Part shown: positions 22,419-32,989 of the stretch, piece by piece
Layout: every line of letters begins with the position of its first letter
Numbering within the stretch: position 1 is the stretch's first letter
Assembly: GCA_001791305.1 (NCBI GenBank)
Contig: MGEI01000005.1
Coordinates: 44,488 to 108,487, forward strand
Length of the DNA stretch: 64,000 nucleotides
Source: Candidatus Uhrbacteria bacterium RIFCSPLOWO2_01_FULL_47_17
GTDB lineage: Bacteria > Patescibacteriota > Patescibacteriia > UBA9934 > GWF2-40-263
Reading direction: 5' to 3'
Program-made: the position numbers and the translations under genes
Notes under the pieces: model-generated
Databases searched by the model: none
Seen by the model: only the letters and a program-made list of their open reading frames with translations
What the model was told of the DNA's origin: nothing

Positions 22419-22495
22419 GGATGCTTAGCTCAGCTGGTTAGAGCATCTCGTTTACACCGAGAGGGTCGAGGGTTCGAATCCCCCAGCATCCACCA
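22419..22495 (+). tRNA. tRNA-Val(TAC)
   Basis: Cloverleaf; anticodon arm TCTCG-TTTACAC-CGAGA; GTTCGAATC T-loop; encoded CCA. Confidence 0.96.
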
Positions 22496-22535
22496 ACAAA
22501 AATACTGCAGTTCGACTGCAGTATTTTTGTTGGTG
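22491..22535 (+). terminator. Long hairpin overlapping the tRNA-Val 3' end
   Basis: CACCAACAAAAATACTGCAG-TTCGA-CTGCAGTATTTTTGTTGGTG, a 20-bp perfect stem. Confidence 0.7.
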
Positions 22536-22865
22536 ACAAAAGAAAAACCGCCCGAGAGTCTCGAAGGCGGCAGAGTCGTAGGTGAGCGGAAGTCATTGGG
22601 TGAGAGCGAAGGGTTCGCATGAGTTGATCGTGACGAATCACGGTCATCTGTTCATCCACTCCCTAACGATGAGTGAACAGCAATCTCATATGATGCCCGA
22701 TTCGCTTGGTTGGCGGGTCATGCAGACGCACGTGTCGCGAGCATGATGTTGCTTTGTGAGGAAATGTGTGAGGAATTGATGGAACTCATAGGGATGCTGT
22801 CCGCTCGTCATTGATTAGAACATAAAACCAACCCCTTGTCCAGAGGGAGGCACAATCAGGCGGTC

Positions 22866-23798
22866 TTACTCAACTCGGCAGAGTGTTTTTAGGGCTTGTA
22901 CATCATCCGCTGTCAAAACCGCATTCACACCGTTGTTTAAGCGATACATAATCGCTTTTGGATTTTCAAGATGGTCAAGCCGAAGCGCGTGACCCATTTC
23001 ATGCATAAGCACACGGATAAGTTTCGCTTGGTCATCAAACTGATAGATATTGATGCGCGTACCCTCAATGGAACGCACATACTCCCCTTCCTCAAACTCC
23101 CCACCACGCGAAGCTCCGATGGTGTTATATTGATCCGCAACCAAATTCAAGGAACGCGCAAGGCGATTGATCACTTCTACAAGCGCATTTAATTCGTCGA
23201 CGCGCGCATTAATTTTTCCTTGCAACGCATTCAGTTCATCTCGCATTTGATCCAACGCAGCCTTTTCTCTTGCGAGTCGATCGACGGTTTCTTGTGAAGC
23301 TCCACCGCGATTGTTCCAGTAAGTCACCTCTTTGTTGTAAGTCGAGAGCTTTGCATCATAGGCATCTGATTGTGTTTGATAACTCGCTTTGAGCGCATTG
23401 ATCGTCTTTTTAAGCGCTTCATATTTTACCTTCAGCGCATCATACGAGGCTTGATCATCACGGATCGAAAATCCCAACTTCTGCAATTTCTGCGTTGCTG
23501 CTTGCCGGTCATCATAAATCAAATTGATCTTGAGTGCGCCGTCAGGATCATAAACAAACAACTCTTTGTCGATTGGCTTCTCCCAAACAGATTCCGCTTT
23601 TTGAAGATCTTTCAGAAATGTTTCTTTCGAAATCCCAAATCGCGTATCAAACTCGCCGATCGAATACGCGATCGGTTGTGCACATGGGTTCAAACGCGCG
23701 GACAGAAGCGACCAGGTGCGCAAAAGCGGATCGCGAAAATAAAAGGCGATGCCGGCAAGAAAAAGAAGAAAAAAAATGTTCGCAATGAATCTGCGCAT
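22866..23798 (-). CDS. Matrixin (M10) family zinc metalloprotease with a coiled-coil insert
   Basis: HEMGHALRLDH zinc motif, Met-turn AIMY, N-terminal TM. Confidence 0.88.
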   Translation of the reverse strand: MRRFIANIFFLLFLAGIAFYFRDPLLRTWSLLSARLNPCAQPIAYSIGEFDTRFGISKETFLKDLQKAESVWEKPIDKELFVYDPDGALKINLIYDDRQAATQKLQKLGFSIRDDQASYDALKVKYEALKKTINALKASYQTQSDAYDAKLSTYNKEVTYWNNRGGASQETVDRLAREKAALDQMRDELNALQGKINARVDELNALVEVINRLARSLNLVADQYNTIGASRGGEFEEGEYVRSIEGTRINIYQFDDQAKLIRVLMHEMGHALRLDHLENPKAIMYRLNNGVNAVLTADDVQALKTLCRVE

Positions 23799-23863
23799 AC
23801 ACAGATCATAACATTTGAGAGACAAATAAAAAAACCTCACGGAAAAAACCAGTGAGGTAAGAC

Positions 23864-24154
23864 TTATCGATGAATTGTCCGAAAGACAACGAAGTACCCT
23901 GTACTTCGTCCACGACCAGCCGTATCATCGGGAGCCATTGCTGCGAGTTCGAGATCTGAGTGCTGCGCAAGGAATTGCGAAAGTGCGTTGGCAAAATGTG
24001 CTTCGGTGCAACTGAAGTATTGGACACCATTCTGGTAATCCAGAATTGCACATCCCGTTGCCTTCCCAACATTTTCGGGATCACTCGCCTCATTGCACGC
24101 CATGAGAACAAGCGGGATTGCAACCAAGAACCATCGAAAAAACTTCATCTCCAC
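23864..24154 (-). CDS. Small putative lipoprotein
   Basis: Lipobox-like LVLMAC; GGAGG RBS. Confidence 0.65.
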   Translation of the reverse strand: MEMKFFRWFLVAIPLVLMACNEASDPENVGKATGCAILDYQNGVQYFSCTEAHFANALSQFLAQHSDLELAAMAPDDTAGRGRSTGYFVVFRTIHR

Positions 24155-24248
24155 CTCCTGCCACGTTGGCCAAGAAACCTATCAAGATCTGGGCAGATTG
24201 TCAATGGATCACGCAAAACAAAAACTCCGACGTGAGTCAGAGTTTTTG

Positions 24249-24334
24249 TGGTGCGGACGAGAGGACTTGAACCTCCAATCCCTTGCGAGAACCAGCACCT
24301 CAAGCTGGCGCGTATACCATTCCGCCACGTCCGC
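24249..24334 (-). tRNA. tRNA-Leu(GAG)
   Basis: Anticodon arm CCAGC-TTGAGGT-GCTGG, long variable arm, CCA. Confidence 0.95.
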
Positions 24335-24382
24335 GCGTGGTCTTCCTACGCGTCGAGATAATAATCGATCTAGAAAAAAAGA

Positions 24383-25117
24383 TCAAGTCTCAAACGTGCG
24401 TTCCTTTCCTGTGATAATCTTCATTCCCATCGATTCGACAGAAATATCAAATCGGGTGCCTTCCATGAGTTCGCCGTCCGCAAAAACTTGGATCGGTTTT
24501 TCGGCGCGGATCGTCATGGATTGTAGGGGCAAAATACTTTCTTCTTTTGTGGATCTGCGAAGAAGTCCGCGCTTCACATCGGCGCGAATCACAGCTTGCA
24601 ACATGCCGTCACACGGATTCGACTCGCCGGACAAATTTCTCACTTCGAGTTCTGCTGTGGATGTTGGAAATACGCGAAACTTTTCTTCGAACGTAATTTC
24701 CGCTCGGAACTCTGGAACAGAAACTTCGCTGATGAATTTTCGACCATTCACACTTCCGATATCGATCGTCTCAACGCGACGTGCCGAGAGAACATCGCAC
24801 GCAGCAACACCCTCAGGAATTCCAAGAAGTTGGGCGAGTTTATTTTTCGGTCCAATCGGGATCATCCCAAATACAACCCCACTTTCAACCACTACATTCA
24901 AGACTTTTCGAATCGTGTCATCATTTCCAAGCACGACGACTGTTGTCACTCCCTTATCGATTTCGTCACGAATCATTTCTTCCGCATTGCGAAACAAAGC
25001 AAGACGAGAAATCTTGCCGGCAATCCCAAGGTCGGTCAAACGATTTTCAATAAGCGCTAATTCTTTTTCGAATCGTTTGTTGCCCTGTATAAAATCATCG
25101 TACAGGTAGCAATACAC
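24383..25117 (-). CDS. Diacylglycerol kinase family protein
   Basis: VVVLGNDDT, GMIPIGPKNKLA and VFADGE motifs. Confidence 0.8.
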   Translation of the reverse strand: MYCYLYDDFIQGNKRFEKELALIENRLTDLGIAGKISRLALFRNAEEMIRDEIDKGVTTVVVLGNDDTIRKVLNVVVESGVVFGMIPIGPKNKLAQLLGIPEGVAACDVLSARRVETIDIGSVNGRKFISEVSVPEFRAEITFEEKFRVFPTSTAELEVRNLSGESNPCDGMLQAVIRADVKRGLLRRSTKEESILPLQSMTIRAEKPIQVFADGELMEGTRFDISVESMGMKIITGKERTFET

Positions 25118-25122
25118 AAAAA

Positions 25123-25485
25123 TTACTCTTTGCCGTTCATGGAAATACGTCCATTCACAACCGCGCCTTCCGCGATCGACAAACGACTTGTCACAATATC
25201 TCCGGTCACGTTCGAGCTTGCGTGTAGTTGAAGACCGTCTTCGACATGAATGTTTCCAACGATCACCCCTGCGATCACTGCATTCTTTGCAGAAACTTCC
25301 GCATGAATCACCGCAGACTCCCCAATATGAAGAGACGCAACAGTCGCAAGCGAACCATTCAGTTCCCCATCAATCGCAATATCACCGTTTGATTTAAAAT
25401 CTCCTTCCACCTTTACCCCCTGAGCGATGATTGTTTCGCTTCCTGCTTGTGCATGTGCCATATGATGTTCTGATTTTTTAAACAT
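25123..25485 (-). CDS. Bactofilin (polymer-forming cytoskeletal protein)
   Basis: ETIIAQGVKVEGDF...IDGELNGS...LSIAEGAVVNGRISM. Confidence 0.92.
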   Translation of the reverse strand: MFKKSEHHMAHAQAGSETIIAQGVKVEGDFKSNGDIAIDGELNGSLATVASLHIGESAVIHAEVSAKNAVIAGVIVGNIHVEDGLQLHASSNVTGDIVTSRLSIAEGAVVNGRISMNGKE

Positions 25486-25491
25486 ATTCGT

Positions 25492-27198
25492 TTACATCTC
25501 CTCCACAGGTTCAATACCCATGAGTCTTAATCCATTTTTTAACACGCGGGCAACGGATTCCGCAAGGGCAAGACGCGCATGCATGACGTGAGGATCTGCT
25601 TTGAGAATGGGTGCATCCGCATAAAAAGACGCGAATGTTTGGGAAAGATCGAAGAGATACTGGGCGATGCGACTAAGTTCGAGGGTTTGTACACAATCGA
25701 AGACGACATCTGGATACTCTGCAATCAAGACCAAAAGATCATGTTCAAGCGAGGTCTTCAAGTGTTCATGAACGCGACCTGCTTCACGCTTTGGAGCTTT
25801 CTTCAGCAAACTTTCAATGCGAGCAAGGGTGTAGAGAATGTATGGCCCTGTGTAGCCCTCGAAAACCAATGATTCTTCAAGGTCAAACACAATCGGCTTT
25901 TCCATATCTTGTTTCAACATGGAAAATCGCATGGCGGCGTTTGTGATTGCCCGCGCGGTTTCATCCACCTGTTTTGGTTTCCAATCTTCATGTCGTTTCT
26001 TTGTTTCAATGGTCGCGCGCTCGATCATTTGATCGCGGAACTCTTCGAACCGGATGTCGTTTCCTTTTCGGGAAGACATGGCGCCGTCTTTCAGTGTAAC
26101 GAAATCGTAAGACAAGTGCGTGAGTTCTTTTTCAAAGCCCATGAGCTTCAATGTTGCAAACAACTGTTGCATAGCGTGTGACTGACGTGCGTCGACCACG
26201 TAAATCGATCGAAGGGCGTGATAGTCTTCTTCTTTTTTGAGGGCGAGTCCAATATCCTTCGCATTATAAAGAAGTGTTCCATCAGATTTCACGAATAAGT
26301 TCACACCAAGGTTCTGATCGCGAAGGTCAACAATCCATGCGCCTTCTGATTGCGTCACAATTCCCTTCTTGATGAGTTTCTCGATTTCTTTTTTTGTTTT
26401 CTTGATGAGTTCACTTTCGAAATACCATTCTTCGATCCCAATGTTGAGTTCTTTGTAAACTTTTTTCAAATAATCAATGGACCATGTGCGTGTCTTTTTC
26501 CAAACCGCAACCTCCTCCCCTTTTTGATCTTCAAGATGCCTGAATACTTCCGCAATCTGTTCCTTCGCATTCGGATGATTCTCAACATGTCGCGTTGCTT
26601 CAGTGTAGACGTCGCGCAAAAAGGTGATGCGCTTTTCTTTTGGAACTTCCTCATCCGCGTGAAGCGTCATGATCGCCCAGACCGACTTTGCGACATGCGC
26701 TCCAAGATCATTGATGTATGCCGTTGGAATCACGTCATATCCATTTGCGCGAAAGATATTCACCGTCATTTGTCCGACGAACAAGTTTCGCAAATGTCCG
26801 ATATGCACATCTTTATGTGTATTCAGGTTTGCGTATTCGATCATGACGCGCTTTCCGTTTCCTGTATCGGATGTTCCGTACGTATCGCCGAGCGTCACAA
26901 CTTCTTTCAACACATCTTTTCCAAGCGCCTCATTTCCAAACGTAAAATTGACGTACGGCCCCGCAGCACGGATTGCCGTCACATATCCACGCGGACCGGT
27001 CTTTGCGGCAATTTCTTGCGCAAGCTCAGCGGGGTTTTTTTTCAATTTCTTTGCAAGCGAAAAACACGCAAACGCAACATCTCCCATTTTTGCATCCGGT
27101 GGCGCAGAAAGATCGGAAAGATGCGGAACAAACCCGCCCCCAATAGCGCGTTTCAAATCCTGCAAAATTTGTTGCTTGGCTTTCTGCAATGTGTGCAT
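25492..27198 (-). CDS. argS: Arginine--tRNA ligase
   Basis: HIGHLRN, MSSRKG and GYTGPYILY motifs; DALR domain ending PVEEM. Confidence 0.97.
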   Translation of the reverse strand: MHTLQKAKQQILQDLKRAIGGGFVPHLSDLSAPPDAKMGDVAFACFSLAKKLKKNPAELAQEIAAKTGPRGYVTAIRAAGPYVNFTFGNEALGKDVLKEVVTLGDTYGTSDTGNGKRVMIEYANLNTHKDVHIGHLRNLFVGQMTVNIFRANGYDVIPTAYINDLGAHVAKSVWAIMTLHADEEVPKEKRITFLRDVYTEATRHVENHPNAKEQIAEVFRHLEDQKGEEVAVWKKTRTWSIDYLKKVYKELNIGIEEWYFESELIKKTKKEIEKLIKKGIVTQSEGAWIVDLRDQNLGVNLFVKSDGTLLYNAKDIGLALKKEEDYHALRSIYVVDARQSHAMQQLFATLKLMGFEKELTHLSYDFVTLKDGAMSSRKGNDIRFEEFRDQMIERATIETKKRHEDWKPKQVDETARAITNAAMRFSMLKQDMEKPIVFDLEESLVFEGYTGPYILYTLARIESLLKKAPKREAGRVHEHLKTSLEHDLLVLIAEYPDVVFDCVQTLELSRIAQYLFDLSQTFASFYADAPILKADPHVMHARLALAESVARVLKNGLRLMGIEPVEEM

Positions 27199-27199
27199 A

Positions 27200-29848
27200 C
27201 TAAGTAGAAAGTTTTTTGAGTTTCTCTTGTGCTTCGCGTTGTTTCTCTTCCATTTGCGCAATAATTTTTTCTGGAGCCTTCGAGCGAAATTCCTCGTTTG
27301 AAAGTTTTTGTGCGACGGATTCGAGATAGCTCGTGAGCTCAGCAATTTCTTTCTCAACACGCACCTTTTCTTTTTCCGCATCCACAACTGTTTCCATTTT
27401 TACAAACACGGTTACATCTTTCAGGACAACCGACATATCGGATGCAGCCGCCTCGTATTTCTCGACAAGAACAAAGTCCGCATTCACACGAGCAAGCGCG
27501 GCAATCACCTCACGATTCAATTCGATAAATTCACGAGATGCTTCGTTTACGACAAATACAACATCCATGAGTTTCTTTGGCTCGATCTTGTATTGAGAAC
27601 GAACATTACGAATGGCGATGATGAGTTCTTGCAACGCAACGAGCTGCTTTTCGGACGCTTCGTCGAAGAATCCATTTACCTTTGGCCATTTTTCAACCAT
27701 GACAAACGAACCGGTACCAAATTCTTTCCAGATCGCCTCTGAAACAAACGGCATGAATGGGTGACACAAAATCAAACTTTGTTTCAACACATACAACAAA
27801 ATTTCATTCGTCGAGGTTTTCAGCGCTTCATCTTTCTGTTGAATCTTTGCGATTTCAAGATACCAGTCGGCAAAGTCATTCCAAATAAATTCTCGAAGTG
27901 TCTCGATCGCAAGCGAGAAGTCGAATTGTTCGATGAGCTTCCCTGTTTGGTTTGTGACAGTTTCGAGACGGCCGAGGATCCAGTGATCTGCAACGGTTGT
28001 TGGCGCAACCGAGTTCGAGGAAGTTGTATCACCAACGGACATCAAAATAAAACGCGAGATGTTCCACATTTTGTTTACAAAATTGCGTGAGCTCTCGATC
28101 TTCTCGACAGAAAAACGCGAATCATTTCCAGGCGTGTTGCCTGAGAGAACACAAAGTCGGAGCGCGTCGCAACCATACTTCTCAATAATATCGAGCGGAT
28201 CAATTCCGTTTGCATCTGACTTCGAAAACTTTTTTCCAGATTCGTTGCGGAGCATCCCGTGAATATATGCATCCTTAAACGGAATCTCGCCGAGCGCGTA
28301 TGTACTCATGAGCACCATGCGCATGAGCCATAGATAGAGGATCTCATATCCCATTTGCATCCAGCTTGTTGGATGAAAGGCTTGAAGATCGACGGTCTTT
28401 TCTGGCCAGCCAAGCGTCGAAAACGTCCATGAACCTGAGGAAAACCAGGTATCGAGCGTGTCTGGATCCTGTTCCCATCCGTCGCCTTCTGGCGATCCGT
28501 TTCCAACGAATGTCTCTTCGCCACGATACCAAACCGGAATGCGATGTCCCCACCAGGTTTGGCGAGACAAACACCAGTCGCGCAGGTTTGCAACGCGAGC
28601 CAAATAAAGTTTGGTGAATCGTTCTGGAGTGATTGTGACCTTCTTCGAAGCATCACCATCGAGACCTGTCGTGAGTGCTTCGGCCATGAGGTCGTGCAAA
28701 CTCTTTCCCTTCGATGGAATCACTTTTTGCACATCAAGCCACCACTGCGTCATGGGCAGTACTTCAATCACATCTTTATAGCGACTGTGAGTTCCAACAT
28801 TCTGGACGATCTCTTCCGGCTCCTTCTCGAGCAGACCCTGCGTCGAGAGCCAACCGACGAACTTCGCGCGTGCTTCCTCGACCGTAAGCCCTGCATATGA
28901 TCCTGCTTCTTTCGTCATCTTTCCGTCGATACCCACAACCTGAATCATGCCGATCGGATTACCGCTCACTTTTTGTTTTTCATACATTAAAAAATCCACT
29001 TGGCTGTGTGCGGGTGTAACACCAAGTGCGCCTGTTCCAAATGTTGGGTCTACTCCTTCATCTGCAATCACTTTAATCTCGAGTGGTTTTTCTGCGCCAA
29101 CATCTACCACGAACGTTTGGCCGATGTATTTCTGATAACGCTCGTCGCCTGGATGAACCGCGACCGCCGTGTCACCAAGCTTTGTTTCTGGTCGAGTCGT
29201 CGCAATCGTGATTGGAAAATCTTTGCTGTACTTGAAGGTATACAAAACACTCGCGCGTTCGATGTATTCAATCTCATCATCTGAGCACGTCGACTGTCCT
29301 TTTGTGGACCAGTTCACCACGCGATATCCGCGATAGATGAGTCCGTCGTTATACAGGCGTCGAAAAAGTTCGTTCACGGCAATGTTACGTGAATCGTCGA
29401 ATGTATACGCAAGGCGAGACCAGTCACAACTCGTTCCCATTTTTTTGATTTGTCCGAGAATCGTAGATCGAGAAGCCTCGGCAAACTCACGAATCTTTTC
29501 AACGAGTTTGTCGCGTCCTAATTCTTGGCGCGGATTTTTCATTCCACCTTCCATGAGCATCTTTTCGACTTTGGCTTGTGTTGGAAGCGCGGCGTGGTCC
29601 GTTCCCGGAACAAGCAAAACTTTTTTTCCATTTAAGCGCTGATAGCGCGCCATCGCATCCATAAGGGCGTTCTCGAGCGCATGTCCCAAATGCAAAACAC
29701 CCGTCACGTTTGGTGGCGGCATCATGATGGAGTATGGCTCTCCGGCGAGATTATCGGGGTTAAAAAATCCGCTTTTCTCCCAGGCGGCGTAAATTTCATC
29801 TTCGTACAATTTCGATTCGTACGCTTTCGGCATTTCATTATTCGGCAT
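27200..29848 (-). CDS. valS: Valine--tRNA ligase
   Basis: PPPNVTGVLHLGH, DWCLSRQTWWGHRIP, KFSKS, C-terminal coiled coil. Confidence 0.98.
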   Translation of the reverse strand: MPNNEMPKAYESKLYEDEIYAAWEKSGFFNPDNLAGEPYSIMMPPPNVTGVLHLGHALENALMDAMARYQRLNGKKVLLVPGTDHAALPTQAKVEKMLMEGGMKNPRQELGRDKLVEKIREFAEASRSTILGQIKKMGTSCDWSRLAYTFDDSRNIAVNELFRRLYNDGLIYRGYRVVNWSTKGQSTCSDDEIEYIERASVLYTFKYSKDFPITIATTRPETKLGDTAVAVHPGDERYQKYIGQTFVVDVGAEKPLEIKVIADEGVDPTFGTGALGVTPAHSQVDFLMYEKQKVSGNPIGMIQVVGIDGKMTKEAGSYAGLTVEEARAKFVGWLSTQGLLEKEPEEIVQNVGTHSRYKDVIEVLPMTQWWLDVQKVIPSKGKSLHDLMAEALTTGLDGDASKKVTITPERFTKLYLARVANLRDWCLSRQTWWGHRIPVWYRGEETFVGNGSPEGDGWEQDPDTLDTWFSSGSWTFSTLGWPEKTVDLQAFHPTSWMQMGYEILYLWLMRMVLMSTYALGEIPFKDAYIHGMLRNESGKKFSKSDANGIDPLDIIEKYGCDALRLCVLSGNTPGNDSRFSVEKIESSRNFVNKMWNISRFILMSVGDTTSSNSVAPTTVADHWILGRLETVTNQTGKLIEQFDFSLAIETLREFIWNDFADWYLEIAKIQQKDEALKTSTNEILLYVLKQSLILCHPFMPFVSEAIWKEFGTGSFVMVEKWPKVNGFFDEASEKQLVALQELIIAIRNVRSQYKIEPKKLMDVVFVVNEASREFIELNREVIAALARVNADFVLVEKYEAAASDMSVVLKDVTVFVKMETVVDAEKEKVRVEKEIAELTSYLESVAQKLSNEEFRSKAPEKIIAQMEEKQREAQEKLKKLST

Positions 29849-29854
29849 AATCAC

Positions 29855-29951
29855 GTTATAGGCGGGGCGCTCTCACCTCGCAACAAACGAAGTGTACGAA
29901 AAAATGCCTCAATTTGCAACCCGTGCGGGGTCTGGGGACCCCACCTATAAC
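29855..29951. repeat. Inverted pair of REP-like units (REPIN-like doublet)
   Basis: GTTATAGGCGGGGCGCTCTCACCTCGC on plus and GTTATAGGTGGGGTCCCCAGACCCCGC on minus; a third copy lies at 62651. Confidence 0.7.
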
Positions 29952-30013
29952 ATTGACAAAATCGATTTTTGTGCGAAGATACGCATACGTTCCTTACAAC
30001 CCACGGAGGTCCC

Positions 30014-32833
30014 GTGAACACTCGTTTTTTTGTGCTTCTTCTTTCTTTCCTCGCCATTGGATGCGAAGAAATCTCTCCCTTCATTTCGGATGCTCTTCGT
30101 GGCAAACGTCTTGATGTTGATGGTGATGGAATTCCCCGTCCAGACGATTGCGATGATCGCAATCTGAAGGTTGGAATCCGAATCTGGTATCAAGATGTGG
30201 ATCAAGATGGATTTGGCGCAGGCGCAAAAATCATCGTCTGCGACATGCCAATTGGTGCAACCACAACACATACGGATTGCGACGACACACGTGCGAATGT
30301 GTATCCGAGCGCATCAGAACTTTGTGATCACCTCGACAACGACTGCAATACACAAACAGACGAGACGTTCACGGATCTTGACGCAAGCTGTGGTGTTGGT
30401 GCTTGTACAGGCGGAAAGAAAATCTGTGCGTCTGATCAGGTGAGCACAACCTGCTCTTCAACCACGAACGCGAGTTCGGAAAGCTGCAACTTGATCGACG
30501 ACGACTGTAATGGGCAGACGGACGAAGGAACGCAAACTGCGTACTATCAAGATGCAGACAAAGACGGATTCGGAAATATCGCACTGAAACATCTGCGGTG
30601 TCTCCCCCTTCCGGGAGAAACCACAAACGCAACAGATTGCGATGACGCGCACGAATCGAGTTATCCAAACGCTCCCGAGTTCTGTGATGGACTCGACAAC
30701 GATTGCAATGGGCAGACAGATGAATCGACAGCGGTTGATGCAAAAACGTTGTTTGCCGATGTTGATCAAGATACATATGGCAACGTCTTGGTGACAAAAA
30801 AATCGTGTGTCACAGAAAGCGGTTGGTCGCTCACGAGCGATGATTGCAAGGATCTTGAGAAAGCGATTCATCCGAACGCGCTTGAGATTTGTAACATGAT
30901 CGATGACGACTGCGATGGACAAACGGACGAAGGGGTCATCAAGATCTATTTTGCAGATGCAGATAAAGATTCCTACGGAGATTTATCGAAAGACGTAACG
31001 GGTTGCACGATTCCGGAAGGGTTTGTGACAAACAGTGCGGACTGTAACGACAAGCAAAAATCGGTTCACCCAAACGCAATCGAACTTTGCGACAACAACA
31101 TCGACGAAAACTGCGACGGTGTCACAGACAACGCAAAAGAAGCATCTCTGTGGTATCTCGATTCCGACAAAGACAGCTACGGCAAAAGTACTGTCTCAAT
31201 GTACGCATGTGCAACTCCAACCGGATACGTTTCGGACAAAACGGATTGCAACGATGCAGACAAAACGATTTATCCGAACGCAATTGAGATCTGCAAAGAC
31301 TCGATTGACAACGACTGCAATGGAATCACGGACACAGACACGAAAATCGTGACGTGGTACCTGGATTCCGACAAAGACACCTTTGGTGATGCAACAAAAT
31401 CCAAAGAGGATTGCTTGCAGCCAGTTGGCTACGTCAAAAACTCTGCAGACTGTTCTGACGCGAATGCGTCCATTCATCCAGAAGCACTCGAAGTTTGCAA
31501 CAATGGAACGGACGATAATTGCGATGGAAGTGTGAATCAATGTTTCCTAAACGGAGTCATCAAGATCGGAAGTGTAAATGTGATTCAGATCACAGGACCA
31601 GAAAGTCAAAACTTTGCGGCGGCTGTTTCTACATGCGATCTAAACGATGATGGTTCTCCAGATATCGTAATCGGCTCGCCTGCATGGAATGCCAATCAAG
31701 GAAAAGTATCCCTCTACCTCGCTCCATTTAAAAGTGGCATGAATCCGACCCAAGAAATTCTTGGTCCAACGAACGGTCTATTTGGAACGAGTCTTGCGTG
31801 TACAGGGTCAAAAAATGGCCCAATGCTCGCGGTAGGTTCCCCTGGACTTGCAGCAAATGGAAACAGCGCCGGAGCCCTTTACGTCTTTATGACATCCGTC
31901 CTGAAAAGCACATCCGTAAACGATGCGAATGCGGTATGGATCGGTACGGCACAAAACATGGAGGTTGGTGTTTCGTGTCTTGCTATTCCCGACCAAGACA
32001 AAGATTCACTCGACGATTTCTTTGTCGGAGCGGATGGATACAATGGAGGCGCGGGAGCGTTTGCCGGAGCAGGATTTATGGTGAGTTCCGCGACACTCGG
32101 AACAGTTCTCATACAAAACGCCCTTGCAAGTTTTATCAACAAAACAAAAGACGAACTCGCAGGAACATCTTTGGCTGTCGGATTTGTAAACCAGGACACA
32201 AAACTCGATTTTCTCCTCGGAGCCATTTCGAGCGATGTCGCGGCAACGGATGCGGGAGCAGTCTATACACACCTCGGACCCATGTCCGGATCGAACTTCA
32301 CAACAGAAAACAAAGCGATCTATGGCATCTCACCGTTTGATACACTCGGGCAAAGTCTTGCGAGTTCATTCGATCTCACAGGTGATTTGCTCGATGACGT
32401 GCTCATTGGTTCTCCCGGAAACGGTAATGCGCAAAATCCAGGATCTGTGCAAATAGCACGATTTGCAAACGCAACATTTCTTGTAACAACTCTTGAATCC
32501 ACATTCGGAGGAGATCGCTTGGGATATTCTGTCTCGAGTGGAAACGTGAATGCAGATCCGGTCGGCGATATTCTGGTTTCATCCCCAGGCGCCGATGATG
32601 CGGGATTCAATTTCGGAAGTGTCTTCCTTCAGTACGGCCCCATTCTCAAAGATGGGGATATTCGCAAAACAGCACATGCGCGTATTGACGGCGAGGTGGC
32701 AAGTGGCCAACTTGGTTGGCTCACAAAAATCGCTCCCGATCTGAATGGCGACAATATTCCCGATCTCATTCTTGTGACAAAATCCACCAAACCCTTGCGG
32801 AAACTCTACATCCTGCCAGGTCTCGGTCTCTAA
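30014..32833 (+). CDS. Lipoprotein with MopE-type metal-binding repeats and an FG-GAP (integrin alpha-like) propeller
   Basis: GGAGG RBS with GTG start; lipobox LAIGC; repeated DCDD...YP.A.E.C...DNDC.G..DE and WY.D.D.D.YG; C-terminal DLNDDGSPDIVIGSP-type repeats. Confidence 0.88.
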   Translation: MNTRFFVLLLSFLAIGCEEISPFISDALRGKRLDVDGDGIPRPDDCDDRNLKVGIRIWYQDVDQDGFGAGAKIIVCDMPIGATTTHTDCDDTRANVYPSASELCDHLDNDCNTQTDETFTDLDASCGVGACTGGKKICASDQVSTTCSSTTNASSESCNLIDDDCNGQTDEGTQTAYYQDADKDGFGNIALKHLRCLPLPGETTNATDCDDAHESSYPNAPEFCDGLDNDCNGQTDESTAVDAKTLFADVDQDTYGNVLVTKKSCVTESGWSLTSDDCKDLEKAIHPNALEICNMIDDDCDGQTDEGVIKIYFADADKDSYGDLSKDVTGCTIPEGFVTNSADCNDKQKSVHPNAIELCDNNIDENCDGVTDNAKEASLWYLDSDKDSYGKSTVSMYACATPTGYVSDKTDCNDADKTIYPNAIEICKDSIDNDCNGITDTDTKIVTWYLDSDKDTFGDATKSKEDCLQPVGYVKNSADCSDANASIHPEALEVCNNGTDDNCDGSVNQCFLNGVIKIGSVNVIQITGPESQNFAAAVSTCDLNDDGSPDIVIGSPAWNANQGKVSLYLAPFKSGMNPTQEILGPTNGLFGTSLACTGSKNGPMLAVGSPGLAANGNSAGALYVFMTSVLKSTSVNDANAVWIGTAQNMEVGVSCLAIPDQDKDSLDDFFVGADGYNGGAGAFAGAGFMVSSATLGTVLIQNALASFINKTKDELAGTSLAVGFVNQDTKLDFLLGAISSDVAATDAGAVYTHLGPMSGSNFTTENKAIYGISPFDTLGQSLASSFDLTGDLLDDVLIGSPGNGNAQNPGSVQIARFANATFLVTTLESTFGGDRLGYSVSSGNVNADPVGDILVSSPGADDAGFNFGSVFLQYGPILKDGDIRKTAHARIDGEVASGQLGWLTKIAPDLNGDNIPDLILVTKSTKPLRKLYILPGLGL

Positions 32834-32989
32834 CTTCTGCCCCACAAAATGGGGCTTTTTTATTTTCTTCATCGAATGTTGCTATTGCTTGACGCATTTC
32901 AGATATCGGGTTAAAGTTCGTGATTCCCATGCTTGTCGGGAAAGGATCGTGGCAACCCTTTCCCATTTTTGAAACCTCGTACAAACAAC

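Noticed and set aside
24093-25109. 338-aa plus-strand ORF
   Set aside because: Overlaps tRNA-Leu and is antisense to the DAG-kinase gene.
29855-29960. T-box riboswitch upstream of valS
   Set aside because: Too short, no TGGxACC T-box motif, and explained by the REP-like doublet.
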